42,560 nt of DNA from an uncultured archaeon (GTDB lineage: Archaea; Asgardarchaeota; Thorarchaeia; Thorarchaeales; Thorarchaeaceae), in assembly GCA_964610875.1 (NCBI GenBank), contig CAZSWP010000030.1:1-42560 (forward strand), given 5' to 3'. The notes under the pieces are model-generated. The model had not been told where the DNA came from. It ran no database searches and saw only the letters and a list, made by a program, of their open reading frames with translations. The position numbers and the translations under genes are program-made. Below are positions 1-10,261 of the stretch, one piece after another; within the stretch, counting starts at the first letter, position 1; the number at the start of each line of letters is the position of its first letter.

Positions 1-680
1 TTTCTCTTCTCTGCAAAGCTCATGTCTGGATCATCAGGAATCTCAATATCATCAATATAGAGCGTTTGACGAAGTTCTACTTTCTTAGTCTTCTCTGTAA
101 TCTTATCCTTAGCTTCAGGAATCAGCTCATCAATCACGACTGCTAGTACTTCAGGCTCATTAGGAAAAGCACCTGTTGAGAAGTTTGGAGGTTTCTCATC
201 TTCTTCATCGTTCCCTCCTTTTGGTGCTTTGGGAAAAGATGTCTTTGTCGTAACCTTCCAAGGTTTTGAACCATCACTTGGATTCAGTGAGAGTAAGAAG
301 AAGGTTGTTGGACCATCCTTTAAAATGAGTTCTTTGATGTCATCTAATGGAGCAACCTCGTTTAGCTTGGCTTTGTAAGTAGTCGCACCTTTTCCTTTAG
401 ACTCCTTCCAGGTGAGAGGCATCTGTATATTGAATTCATCACGTTTATCTTCGTAGGTGACAACCAATCCTTTGACCTTGTGTTTTGGACTAGTGATGTT
501 ATCAACGTAGGCACGTATCATTGCTTTTTCCATATCAAGATCAGCTTTGAAGGTGATTCTTGATTTACTTATTTTCAGGAAGACACGTGGACCAGGATGT
601 TCACCGATTCCATACTTCATCAATTTAGCATGCACAAATTCATCAGGTTTACCATGCACAATCTTCGTAGCCCAATTCAT
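1..680 (-). CDS. hypothetical protein, 3'-truncated by the window edge (not in ORF track)
   Basis: Manual translation from ATG at 680: MNWATKIVHGKPDEFVHAKLMKYGIGEHPGPRVFLKISKS...DDIEIPDDPDMSFAEKR; frame stays open to base 1. Confidence 0.85.
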   Translation of the reverse strand, partial: MNWATKIVHGKPDEFVHAKLMKYGIGEHPGPRVFLKISKSRITFKADLDMEKAMIRAYVDNITSPKHKVKGLVVTYEDKRDEFNIQMPLTWKESKGKGATTYKAKLNEVAPLDDIKELILKDGPTTFFLLSLNPSDGSKPWKVTTKTSFPKAPKGGNDEEDEKPPNFSTGAFPNEPEVLAVVIDELIPEAKDKITEKTKKVELRQTLYIDDIEIPDDPDMSFAEKR

Positions 681-738
681 TATAAACCAGCCAAAAGCAC
701 CCCTTGTATCAGTCGATTTAAACCTGTCGTGAAAAGCG

Positions 739-2475
739 TTAGAGAACAACAAGTCCTAACAGAGACCATAACCATACAATTCCTAGGGTAAGGATTAATG
801 TAGCAATTAAATCCACTATCAAACCGGTTGACACCATCTCTCGCATCTCTACTTGTCCGGTACTATAGGCAATTGTAGATGGAGGAGTACCTGTTGGAAG
901 TGCAAAGTCCATTGAAACTCCTATCGCAATCACCATTACGATAAGCATAGGGTCAATACCTAATCCTGTTGCCAAAGGTATTGCAATGGGAATGAGAATC
1001 ACTGCTGCACCGGTATTGGAAGCTACCATTGTGATGAGAACAGCTATTACGCCAATGATTACGATAACTAGAATATTTGGAAGGATACCAAGACCACTCA
1101 TCTGAAAGGCAATGAATGTCGACACACCTGTACTAATCATAGCATTTCCAAGTACGATTCCACTACCGAGAATCAATAATGAAGACCAACTAATCTCAGA
1201 TGATACGTCTTTCTCATCCAACAGACGAAGACCAAGTAGTAAGAAACCGCCTGCAACTGCAACAATTGAACTAGAAACTCCATGGAACCCTTCTGTCAAC
1301 CATGCTCCGACTACCCCTGCAAAAATAACAACTACCGCTTTCTGTTGCCAGTTCATTGGACCTAATTTGAAGTATTCCTTTTCTGATACCTTTTTCAATT
1401 CGCGTATCTCTTCAATATTTTTAGGCAATTTAAATCGATACATCAACCATTGCCATATTATTGGTAGTAGTATTAGAACTACTGGTAAACCAAATGGAAC
1501 CCAATCCAAGAATGTAAACTCTTTACCCAAAAATGAGTTGATGTAGGTGGCAGCAAGAGGGTTCGGAGGGGATCCAACAAGACTAGCAACTCCACCAAGT
1601 GTGGCCGAATACGCAACGCCTAGGACTAAAGCTTTACTATATTTTCCTCGTGTTTCACTGCTTTCGATTCGTGAAATCATAGCTATCGCGATTGGAATCA
1701 TGATTGCAGCAGATGCAGTATTACTTATCCACATCGAGAGAAAAGCTGTCACACCCATTATTGTCAATAATAGTGAGGAACCAGTGCCAGAACTTCTAGA
1801 GAGAATGAGTAATGCCAGTCTTTTGTCTAACTCATATTTGGAAAGAGCTCTTCCAATCAAGAATCCACCAAAAATCAAAGCCACTGCGGGATCGAAGAAT
1901 GGAGCAAATGCCTCTGATGGAGAGGATATTCTAGTCAACACGATTGCAATGGGAATCATTATTGAAGTAGCAACAAGACTAATTCCTTCGGAAAACCATA
2001 GAACCGCAACTATTCCTAGAATCAATAAAGCAGCTTGAGAACGGACTAGTGGTTGATACTCAATAATGAATGTCTGACCATTCTGTCTATTTGGTCGCAA
2101 TAGCTGACTATAATCATCAGTGTTTTCAAGTAGAAGAGAAATCTGATTTGCCTGGATTGTGTCACCTTCAGCAACTATTTCAATATGTAGCGGATTATCC
2201 GGTTTCAAGGTCACATAGTCAATAAAGATAACCTGAACGTTTGTTGAACTTCCATTGATGCTATGTACTACTTCTTCTGCTTCACCACTTCCAGTAAGAT
2301 GGATATCGAAAACATATAATATGTCAATGCTGGGTGCATCGATTTCCAGAGTTGCTTGATATGTTCCAGGTTCAACATCAGGAGGAGCAATATTGTAGAG
2401 TGTGAATCCAACAACTATGGTTACAATGATTACAATGATTGTCTTGCGCGAGATGTTTATTGACGAATTCTCCAT
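739..2475 (-). CDS. DASS/SLC13 family sodium:anion (dicarboxylate/sulfate) symporter with extra N-terminal domain
   Basis: SMWISNTA and ASNTGAA (SNT motifs), GSPPNP and LPTGTPP motifs, many TM helices. Confidence 0.9.
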   Translation of the reverse strand: MENSSINISRKTIIVIIVTIVVGFTLYNIAPPDVEPGTYQATLEIDAPSIDILYVFDIHLTGSGEAEEVVHSINGSSTNVQVIFIDYVTLKPDNPLHIEIVAEGDTIQANQISLLLENTDDYSQLLRPNRQNGQTFIIEYQPLVRSQAALLILGIVAVLWFSEGISLVATSIMIPIAIVLTRISSPSEAFAPFFDPAVALIFGGFLIGRALSKYELDKRLALLILSRSSGTGSSLLLTIMGVTAFLSMWISNTASAAIMIPIAIAMISRIESSETRGKYSKALVLGVAYSATLGGVASLVGSPPNPLAATYINSFLGKEFTFLDWVPFGLPVVLILLPIIWQWLMYRFKLPKNIEEIRELKKVSEKEYFKLGPMNWQQKAVVVIFAGVVGAWLTEGFHGVSSSIVAVAGGFLLLGLRLLDEKDVSSEISWSSLLILGSGIVLGNAMISTGVSTFIAFQMSGLGILPNILVIVIIGVIAVLITMVASNTGAAVILIPIAIPLATGLGIDPMLIVMVIAIGVSMDFALPTGTPPSTIAYSTGQVEMREMVSTGLIVDLIATLILTLGIVWLWSLLGLVVL

Positions 2476-2547
2476 AATTATCGCTCCGTCCTATTCTCAG
2501 GTTCACAAGCATTCCTCTAAAAATGAGGCTACTACGGCAATAGATTT

Positions 2548-2910
2548 TCAATCAATTGGTCGTTGTTCTAATATCTTTTGGAACTCCGAAGGAGTGTCCA
2601 CTAGTCCTTTTGTTCCGATAATAGTGCGTGTCTTCTCAAAGAGTAATCCAGACTTCTCTTCGAGAATTTCTACCAGATGTTCATAATGTTCAAATGGACC
2701 TTCAAAAACTGTAAAACCCGTAAATTCAGTCCCAAATGCACTGCCAGCTTCAGTAACAATCTTAATACCTTTTGGTAACCGCTTACGAATAATAGCCCAT
2801 TCTTTGAACCACTCATGTTTCTCGTCATCACTCATAGATCTCAATCTGTACATCACGATGTACACGAATTCGAGTTTGGTTATATCTCCAATTATCGGGC
2901 TGGCTGCCAT
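2548..2910 (-). CDS. hypothetical protein (possible dimeric alpha/beta-barrel, GYD-like)
   Basis: ORF with alternating strand/helix pattern (YIVMYRL...GIKIV...FTVFEG). Start uncertain; ATG 2910 chosen to avoid overlap with the divergent gene. Confidence 0.65.
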   Translation of the reverse strand: MAASPIIGDITKLEFVYIVMYRLRSMSDDEKHEWFKEWAIIRKRLPKGIKIVTEAGSAFGTEFTGFTVFEGPFEHYEHLVEILEEKSGLLFEKTRTIIGTKGLVDTPSEFQKILEQRPID

Positions 2911-2979
2911 GATTACAATTAAACTCGAGTAGGGTTTATAACCATAATGCACTGGCGGAGTGCTACTCGAGGGAACACA

Positions 2980-4194
2980 ATGGGACTAAGAGCATCAGAA
3001 TATAAATGGACATTGATTGCATTATACATGGTCACGCTGGTTATGAGAGCATCATTCTACCTTACAATTGCCGTCGTTCAAAGTGCCTCCTATCTGGGTG
3101 GAGCTGTAGAAGGATGGGAAGCAACAGCAGTGATTACTATTTATCCAATTGCTGAGCTTACATCAGTCTCATTATTTGGCTCATATAGTGACAAAATAGG
3201 ACGAAAACCAATTTTTGTTTTCAGCTTATTCATCACAGGTGCAGCTGCATTACTATTTGCGATAACACCAATTGTAGTCCTTATTCTGGGATTCTCAATT
3301 CTCTTCGGTATCGGAGCGGCAGCTAAGGTATCCACAACTCTCTCAATCATTGCAGATTGCTCATCAACAGATGATAGAGCACGTCTAATGGGGTATTATG
3401 ATCTCTCAACATTAATGGGATTGGCTGGAGGCTATGGCCTTGGCATTCTTCTACTTCAATTTGGTGTAGCACCTACATGGTTGCTCTTAGCGGCATCAAT
3501 AGCCTGTTTTGTTTCAGGTTTAGTTTCCTTCTTCATGATGAGTGAAACAAAAACAGTCGTTTTCGAGCACGAGAGTATAACAGAGCTATTGAAGAAAGTA
3601 GCCAAAGACAAACGGATTCAGAAAATGATACCTGTCTATGTGCCAATTATTTCATTATATGGTTTAGTCATTGCAAATGCAGAGAGACTATTAGAAGAAC
3701 ACTTTAGTCTTTCCGAGATCGATTTGATTATTCTCTTTGCCATGCTGGGTGGTTCCTTAATTCTTGGAATTATTACAATGGGACATCTCTCAGATCATCT
3801 GAGAAAAAGAAGACCATTTATTGTGACAGGTTTGATCAGTTTCGGTTTTCTTGCATACATCTTTGTGGCATATGCAGAGAACTTTACGGAACTTTGGGCG
3901 GTATGGCCAATCTTGCCAATCCTTGGCTTCACAGCTGGAGCATTTCCACCAGCAGCAATGGCATATCTTACAGACATATCAGAAGAAGACTCCAGAGGAA
4001 GTACAATGGGTGTCTATAGCATCTTCTTTGGATCAGGAATGATAATAGGTCCCTGGACAGCATATCTTTCCTACACTGCTTATGGATTATCAGGGTTAAT
4101 TGTGCTCGTAGCCATATTCATCACAATAGCTTGCGCTGGAACATACTTCATGCCTGAGGCTCATGGGCATGAAGTTATTCCAGAACCTCACTAA
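2980..4194 (+). CDS. MFS transporter
   Basis: MFS motif A GSYSDKIGRK, repeated as GHLSDHLRKRR; about 12 TM segments. Confidence 0.92.
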   Translation: MGLRASEYKWTLIALYMVTLVMRASFYLTIAVVQSASYLGGAVEGWEATAVITIYPIAELTSVSLFGSYSDKIGRKPIFVFSLFITGAAALLFAITPIVVLILGFSILFGIGAAAKVSTTLSIIADCSSTDDRARLMGYYDLSTLMGLAGGYGLGILLLQFGVAPTWLLLAASIACFVSGLVSFFMMSETKTVVFEHESITELLKKVAKDKRIQKMIPVYVPIISLYGLVIANAERLLEEHFSLSEIDLIILFAMLGGSLILGIITMGHLSDHLRKRRPFIVTGLISFGFLAYIFVAYAENFTELWAVWPILPILGFTAGAFPPAAMAYLTDISEEDSRGSTMGVYSIFFGSGMIIGPWTAYLSYTAYGLSGLIVLVAIFITIACAGTYFMPEAHGHEVIPEPH

Positions 4195-4266
4195 TGCGTG
4201 CTCAGGCAAGAGTTAATAGAAATGATGTGCACGAAAGAGGTATACCCTTTTACGGGGAGATAAAAC

Positions 4267-4887
4267 ATGGTTAGGCTTACAACCTTCTCGAACATCCTGT
4301 CAGGAATTGGCTTGACTGTTCTTGCATTCTCAGTAATTCTGAAGTATCTGCTTCAATCTCTGGATCCCAACAATCCAGCTTCATTATATGCTTGGATAGT
4401 GGGTGCAGGACTTCTAATTGTAGTGCTGGTGTTGAGTGTTATCAATACCTTTACAGAACTTGGAGGATTTGTACATCCTGAAGACAAACTTGTCAGTAAT
4501 ATGTTCGTCTTCTTGATGGCTATTGCTACAATTCTTATTTTTGGCTTAATACCAGGCGCTGCTGACGCTACACTTCAGAGAACCCTTTTCGATATGGGAA
4601 CAATGATAGTCATCGCTTATGTGTTCTTATTTGTCTTCGTTTTCTTCAGTGCTCGAATCACTGAAGCTGGAGAGATGGGACAGGTAAAGGAGATGACAGC
4701 CAGATTCATGCTCATTTCATTAGTACTTGGAGCAGTCATGGCTGGCATCAAGTTTGGCACTGATGCTATCTGGGCAAGTAGTCCAAGTTATGAATGGGCT
4801 GCAGGATTGCTAGGCGCATTTGCTACAACATTGGTCGTCCTGATAGTCATCTTTCTTGGTAGAAGATACGAACCAGTAGGTGAATAG
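4267..4887 (+). CDS. hypothetical integral membrane protein (~6 TM)
   Basis: Six hydrophobic segments; GGGGAG SD upstream of ATG. Confidence 0.85.
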   Translation: MVRLTTFSNILSGIGLTVLAFSVILKYLLQSLDPNNPASLYAWIVGAGLLIVVLVLSVINTFTELGGFVHPEDKLVSNMFVFLMAIATILIFGLIPGAADATLQRTLFDMGTMIVIAYVFLFVFVFFSARITEAGEMGQVKEMTARFMLISLVLGAVMAGIKFGTDAIWASSPSYEWAAGLLGAFATTLVVLIVIFLGRRYEPVGE

Positions 4888-4896
4888 AACAACCTT

Positions 4897-4935
4897 TTTG
4901 GGGATGGAGGTACTTCCATCTCCAAATGTTTTTCT
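4897..4935 (+). terminator. stem-loop with T-rich tail after membrane protein gene
   Basis: tttggggatggag ... ttccatctccaaa followed by tgtttttctt. Confidence 0.55.
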
Positions 4936-5040
4936 TCAAATCAGTTGTGATTTCCTTCGGATTACTTCCGAGTAAATCAAATAAAGGTCAATGACAACTT
5001 CACGCAAGACATATAGAAAGAGAAGGACAATAATCATTGG

Positions 5041-6975
5041 ATGGTGTATCAAATGGGTGACGGAAAACTCTGGCTTGGGAATATTATCGATGATGAGGGA
5101 AAAAGAACAGACCAACGTTTTGAGATTAGTATAGACTTACTCCGAAGGCACGGAGGGGTCTTTGGTTCGACAGGGTCAGGTAAAACGGTACTAAGCAAGA
5201 TTATCCTCGAGGAAGCAGCACTGGAAGGTATACCTATCCTCGCTTTCGACCCACAGGGTGACATCGCCTCATTGATGATACCCGGAGACCCCAAGGAACT
5301 AGAGTCTAAGGGAGTCCCCTCAGAACTATTAAAGGAATATATGGATAAAGTCATTGTGCGGGTCTACACACCTGCAAGCAGCAAAGGGCTTTCTATTTCA
5401 ATAAACCCTCTCAAGTTACCAGATCCATCAGCGGATCCTGATGACATTATCCGGCTTCTTGATAACTCAGCTAGGACATTGGTCAAGGTATTGACAAAGG
5501 TTGGAGGCCTATCACGATCTTGGGAGAGTAAGTCCTTTGCAGTTGTCTACGAACTTCTACGGTCAATTTGGGAAGGAGGAAAAGATGTAGGAGGTTTGAA
5601 GGAACTAGCGGATATGCTAGTAGCACCTCAAGAAGAGATTGGTGTTGACCTAGAACCTTACATGAAAGAATCCGAAAGACAAACATTGGCAACAAGAATC
5701 CGCACGCTTACTGTAGGTTCAGCTCAGCTTCTCTTCAAAGAAGAAGGTCAAATTGATTTTGATGAATTAACTAGAAAAGTAGATGGAAGGACACCTATTA
5801 ATGTGATATTCCTCAAAACACTGAGAAGTGAAGAAGAGAAACATTTCTTCATTGCGATTGTTCTGAATCAACTATATTCTTGGATGTTAAGACAAGGATT
5901 CACTGAAAACCCACGCATGATTCTATTTCAGGACGAAGCAGCACCATTCATTCCAGCTGGAATGAGCTCTCCGGGACCAAAGGAAACCTTTCTACTGCTA
6001 TTTAGGCAAGCTAGGAAATATGGTATAGAGTGTCTAATCGCAACACAGTCCCCTAAAGACATCGATTACAAAGCCTTTGAACAATTCAATACAATCGCTG
6101 CTGGTAGAATAAGCGCAGAACAATCACTAAAAGTTCTTGAGAGAATTCTCGAACCAATTGCTGGAGAGAAGGACTCAGAGAGCATCATAACTATGCTCCC
6201 AGGAAAACAAACTGCATCATTCATATTTTCCTCAGCGGATTTGAAACCTAAAGTCAATAATATTGGCGTCAGATGGTTACTCACGAAACACATCACACTG
6301 ACAGAACGAGATGTAAAGAAACATATGGAAGAATTGGTCAAAGAGCAGGAGAAGCTTCTCAAGAAACTTGAACAAGAACGCTTGAAGAGAGAAGAGGAAG
6401 AACATAAAGCACGAGAATCAGCTCGTAAAGAGAGAGCGCGAAAGAAAAAAGAGCTAGAAGAACAAAAGCGACAAGAAGAGCTAAGAAAGCAAAGAGAAGT
6501 AGAAGAATCCAAATTGAAGGCAAAATTTGCCAAAGCAAAGGATGAGGAGAAAGTCTTTGAAACAAAAGGGAAATCAGAAGCAGTTTCATATGATGATTTG
6601 ATTAACGGTTTCATTGCAAAAATTGAGAAAATTGCTCGTACTGCGTTTGGTGTGCCATTTTTGAAGGAACTAGTGAAGCGTGGAGAATTGAATTACGAGA
6701 AATCGTTGACATATTATCTAAAAGAAACTCGAGAGGCAATCAAACAAGGCCTAGCAAAGAAAATCACGAAAGAGCACGGGAAAAGGAAGATTCCGTATAT
6801 TATCTATGATTTCGAGTATGTTTTACAGAAGGTCATTGAGAGTATTGGTGTAAAAAATCCAGAATATGTTGATGATTCCAGATTGAAGCGGAAATTCGAG
6901 GAACTTGTGAGAAAGGCCAAGAAGAACTCATTCTTGGAAAGAATAGCACTTGGAGAACCCTTACTGGAATTCTAA
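5041..6975 (+). CDS. HerA/FtsK/VirB4-superfamily ATPase (DUF87-like) with long charged helix
   Basis: RHGGVFGSTGSGKT Walker A, FDPQGD, LFQDEA Walker B, RQARKYG, ATQSP; E/R/K-rich segment in the C-terminal third. Confidence 0.88.
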   Translation: MVYQMGDGKLWLGNIIDDEGKRTDQRFEISIDLLRRHGGVFGSTGSGKTVLSKIILEEAALEGIPILAFDPQGDIASLMIPGDPKELESKGVPSELLKEYMDKVIVRVYTPASSKGLSISINPLKLPDPSADPDDIIRLLDNSARTLVKVLTKVGGLSRSWESKSFAVVYELLRSIWEGGKDVGGLKELADMLVAPQEEIGVDLEPYMKESERQTLATRIRTLTVGSAQLLFKEEGQIDFDELTRKVDGRTPINVIFLKTLRSEEEKHFFIAIVLNQLYSWMLRQGFTENPRMILFQDEAAPFIPAGMSSPGPKETFLLLFRQARKYGIECLIATQSPKDIDYKAFEQFNTIAAGRISAEQSLKVLERILEPIAGEKDSESIITMLPGKQTASFIFSSADLKPKVNNIGVRWLLTKHITLTERDVKKHMEELVKEQEKLLKKLEQERLKREEEEHKARESARKERARKKKELEEQKRQEELRKQREVEESKLKAKFAKAKDEEKVFETKGKSEAVSYDDLINGFIAKIEKIARTAFGVPFLKELVKRGELNYEKSLTYYLKETREAIKQGLAKKITKEHGKRKIPYIIYDFEYVLQKVIESIGVKNPEYVDDSRLKRKFEELVRKAKKNSFLERIALGEPLLEF

Positions 6976-7020
6976 GATAAAATATTGGAGGTCGAACAGC
7001 CTCCTCCATTTTATTTGATA

Positions 7021-7704
7021 TTAGAAAACAAATTTCTTTCTTTGGGAAGTTTTGCAGTCAACCCATCTCAACATCATTTCATTAGTCAGCTCCAAAGCAG
7101 ATTCCATTTCTTTTGCTGACACTATTGGTGCACCATAAAGTAAGACTAAAGCTTGATTTGTTTTTTGAGTAATCTTTGAGAGCTCAGAATCATGAGTCGC
7201 ATATCCAAAACAGACAATCTTCTCTTCATCGGCAATGACTATCTCTCTACCCCTACAATGGAGCTTCTTTCCACCAATTCGAACAAACTCTTCATTCTCC
7301 TTCGCAGACCGAATCTGAAGGTCACCTTTGAGACCGGCAAGATCAATTAGGCCAATGGGAATTTTATGTTTAGCTGAAGCTAGATTGATAACATCAACAA
7401 GATTAGACACTCTCCAAAAATTGAGACCACGTAATACTCGTCTCAATAGTGCTTCACTAGAAACCCGAAGTTTTGTAGGGTCCATACCAAAGGTCCAGTA
7501 AAGATTCCTATAGGAACGTAACATCGGATCATTTTTCATTTCATCAAGAGACATAACATCCCTAATTGATTCGAAGACCCCTTCTTCATACTCAGTGAAC
7601 TCAGATGATGATTTTTCAACTCTAAGATCATCAAGCAGTAGAACACCAACAGAAAGGCCTTCACAGTCCACGAGAAGATCTATTCTGGGAATCAATACTA
7701 TCAC
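7021..7704 (-). CDS. stand-alone B3/4 domain protein (PheRS-beta-like tRNA editing domain)
   Basis: GMDPTKLRVSSEALLRR and NLVDVINLAS...PIG motifs. Confidence 0.88.
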   Translation of the reverse strand: MIVLIPRIDLLVDCEGLSVGVLLLDDLRVEKSSSEFTEYEEGVFESIRDVMSLDEMKNDPMLRSYRNLYWTFGMDPTKLRVSSEALLRRVLRGLNFWRVSNLVDVINLASAKHKIPIGLIDLAGLKGDLQIRSAKENEEFVRIGGKKLHCRGREIVIADEEKIVCFGYATHDSELSKITQKTNQALVLLYGAPIVSAKEMESALELTNEMMLRWVDCKTSQRKKFVF

Positions 7705-7707
7705 ATT

Positions 7708-8523
7708 CTACTTAAGGTGTTCAATAATCTCTTCCAAAGATGTAACTGTATAGTCAGGGGTTTGATCCATATCACCTGCCTCAAAAGGCACTATATTGTC
7801 TGGTCGTTGTATCAGAATTGTTGTCATTCCAGCCGCTTTACCTCCAGCAATATCCGATGCGGGATTGTCTCCTATCATAACAGATTCATCAATTGAATAT
7901 CCAAGTGTTATTACTGCCTCAAGAATAATCTCAGGTAGAGGTTTGCCAACAATCACAGGTTCAACCCCTGTAGCATCTTCCAGAGCGGCAACAATTGACC
8001 TTTCACCAACAAAAACATCTTCTTTTCCAAGATATACCCCAGGATATTCTCTGCTACCACTTATGCAGATTAACCCAGCACCAGCTTGAATCATCTTAGC
8101 TGCAAAATTCAATCTCTCGAATGTCATTCCACGATCAGCTCCAACTGCCACATAATCGACAGGAGGATTGTTTACAACTTGGAGACCATGACAAATGAAA
8201 TCCTCAGTAGCACCACCTTCAGATATTATGAAGCATCTAGCATCAGGCTTTCTGTTATAGACATAAGCTGCAGCCGCAGCACCAGCAGTGAATGTATTCT
8301 CTATATCCAGAGAGAAACCAGCTGAAGTGACTGCATGATGCACCTCACGAGCTGATAAGCGACCAACATTTGTAAGAACACCGACTGTGCGACCTCGTTC
8401 TACTAGAGCATTCCACAATTTCAGTGCATCATCAAAAACGAGGGGATGTTCAACATCACGTATTAATGTGTTATCTACATCAAAGAGCCAGAGTTTTTTT
8501 TCAGCTAACTTAGACATAGTCAA
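7708..8523 (-). CDS. HAD-IIA (NagD-like) hydrolase
   Basis: FDVDNTL motif I, LTN, GKP, IGDNPASDIAGG. Confidence 0.9.
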   Translation of the reverse strand: MTMSKLAEKKLWLFDVDNTLIRDVEHPLVFDDALKLWNALVERGRTVGVLTNVGRLSAREVHHAVTSAGFSLDIENTFTAGAAAAAYVYNRKPDARCFIISEGGATEDFICHGLQVVNNPPVDYVAVGADRGMTFERLNFAAKMIQAGAGLICISGSREYPGVYLGKEDVFVGERSIVAALEDATGVEPVIVGKPLPEIILEAVITLGYSIDESVMIGDNPASDIAGGKAAGMTTILIQRPDNIVPFEAGDMDQTPDYTVTSLEEIIEHLK

Positions 8524-8571
8524 CTATAGAAGCGAGCTGCAAGAAAAACCCTCTGCTCATTATGGGGATAT

Positions 8572-8928
8572 CTATTCTTTATCTAGGAGAGGAATTACAC
8601 ATATAAACCGGAAGGACTCTTTTCCTTCAGTATTGTCATAACCATGTAGTTGATTTGAAGGTACAAAAACCACATCGTCTTTCTTTGCTATCTGTTCTTT
8701 ATCATCACCAAGCATCTTAGCTTCGCCTTCAAGAACGAATATCTCATGTTCTTCCTCGTGCTGATGTAAGGGAATAATACCACCAGGTTTGATAACAAAT
8801 AGTCGCATAGCATATGTTTTTGCACCAGTATTTCTTCCTACTAACCATCGTACAGTGGTTTTTTGCGACCCTGCCAGTGTTACTTCAAGTTCTTCACGTT
8901 CGTTGTAGTTAATAGCGTACATTGACAT
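8572..8928 (-). CDS. cupin domain protein
   Basis: PGGIIPLHQHEEEHEIFVLEG ... VPSNQLHGY cupin motifs. Confidence 0.9.
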   Translation of the reverse strand: MSMYAINYNEREELEVTLAGSQKTTVRWLVGRNTGAKTYAMRLFVIKPGGIIPLHQHEEEHEIFVLEGEAKMLGDDKEQIAKKDDVVFVPSNQLHGYDNTEGKESFRFICVIPLLDKE

Positions 8929-9102
8929 TCCCCTTCGATGCTATGTATCAATGATTTACGATTTCAAGTACCTTAATAGGTTTCAGATTTGTACGTATGA
9001 GCTGAAGTCCAATTGCTTGCCACAGAAAGCTTAATGTGAAACGGAATACTCTCAGGCAATAATGTAGTCCAACTGTAGTGGGAATAAAGAGAGTGGAAAC
9101 GC

Positions 9103-9624
9103 ATGAGTGAAGAAGATACTTATCTCCGCGCAAAACTTACTGAAATAAACGGAGCAATCGAAAGGCTAACGGACATGCTGAACAAAATGATCGAAGTGAT
9201 TTCACATATCACGGAGGTTGAGGATGCTACTACTACCATTTCTGCCGCTGTTGCTAGGAATAGTGCCAAACTTGATGAGCTCATGCGAATGGTAGAAAAA
9301 ATTGGTACAGCAGGACCAGTAGCAGGCCCTGCGGGAGCAAGTATTGAAGAAAAAGGTGTTATGACATCATTGACGGCTGTTATTGACACATTGGAGTCCC
9401 AAGTTCGTGAGGGAGTTATTGCTAGCGATCTGGCCCAGAAGATTTCCGAATCGGCCGATATCTTAGAGGAGAGAGGGCTAACTGGAAAAGTAATTGTCAA
9501 AATGAATCGATGGGTAAGGATTCTCAAAACATATGGTCGTGTGGACGCCATAAGTGTACAAGACCTTAGTAAATTGCGAGAAGACCTTAAAGAGTGGAGA
9601 AATGAAATAGGAGCAACAAGATAG
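9103..9624 (+). CDS. hypothetical coiled-coil plus helical-bundle protein (possibly Vps28-CTD-like)
   Basis: Heptad-rich N-half, G/P/A linker, amphipathic helices at C-terminus. Confidence 0.8.
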   Translation: MSEEDTYLRAKLTEINGAIERLTDMLNKMIEVISHITEVEDATTTISAAVARNSAKLDELMRMVEKIGTAGPVAGPAGASIEEKGVMTSLTAVIDTLESQVREGVIASDLAQKISESADILEERGLTGKVIVKMNRWVRILKTYGRVDAISVQDLSKLREDLKEWRNEIGATR

Positions 9625-9836
9625 CCTTCTAATTGCATTATTTCCATCGGATTGTGCTTTTTAGTATAAAAAGGGAAATCATAACACTTATAGTTGATAA
9701 AAAACAATATATAAGGCTGATAGAAGTGAATAAGAATATATTAGCGCCATTCATGGTAAAGCGTCCTAATCCTTAATAGGGAATCTATCGGACTTCTATC
9801 CAGTCCCAAACGCAGGGAAAGCGGGGTTAACGCACA

Positions 9837-10175
9837 TTGATTTCAGATGAATGGAATTCAAAAATACGGGATTCAATAGACGGGTTCCCCGAACCTCATC
9901 GAACAACAATTCATGAGATTTGGGAAGATTGGCTGGAAACCGATCCTACAAAACCTTACTATGAAAGCTGGAGTGCATTTGCCTCTAAGAGGGACGATAG
10001 TGATGCACTATACACGGAGCTTCGCGTCCACATTAAAAGAGTAACAAATGAACTTCGAGAACTAGAAGTGCCGCCAACTATGTGGCAAAAAGTAGCTAAA
10101 GCTCTAGCCGCAGTTGCGAGTATCTTCTTAGTAATCATCTTAGCAATATCCCGAGTAGCACGCGCCAGTGAATAA
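9837..10175 (+). CDS. hypothetical tail-anchored membrane protein
   Basis: Soluble Trp-rich N-domain with single C-terminal TM (ALAAVASIFLVIILAI). Confidence 0.75.
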   Translation: MISDEWNSKIRDSIDGFPEPHRTTIHEIWEDWLETDPTKPYYESWSAFASKRDDSDALYTELRVHIKRVTNELRELEVPPTMWQKVAKALAAVASIFLVIILAISRVARASE

Positions 10176-10261
10176 TCAGAGGACTCTGTATCCTCGGTGG
10201 ATCAGAGCTCTCAACTTATATCATGCTCTTCTACACAAAATATTAGAGTTGATTCCATATC

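Noticed and set aside
4267-6975. CedA/CedB DNA import or HerA-NurA operon
   Set aside because: A terminator-like hairpin separates the genes, the ATPase has no TM anchor, and no nurA/mre11/rad50 or small ced genes are present.
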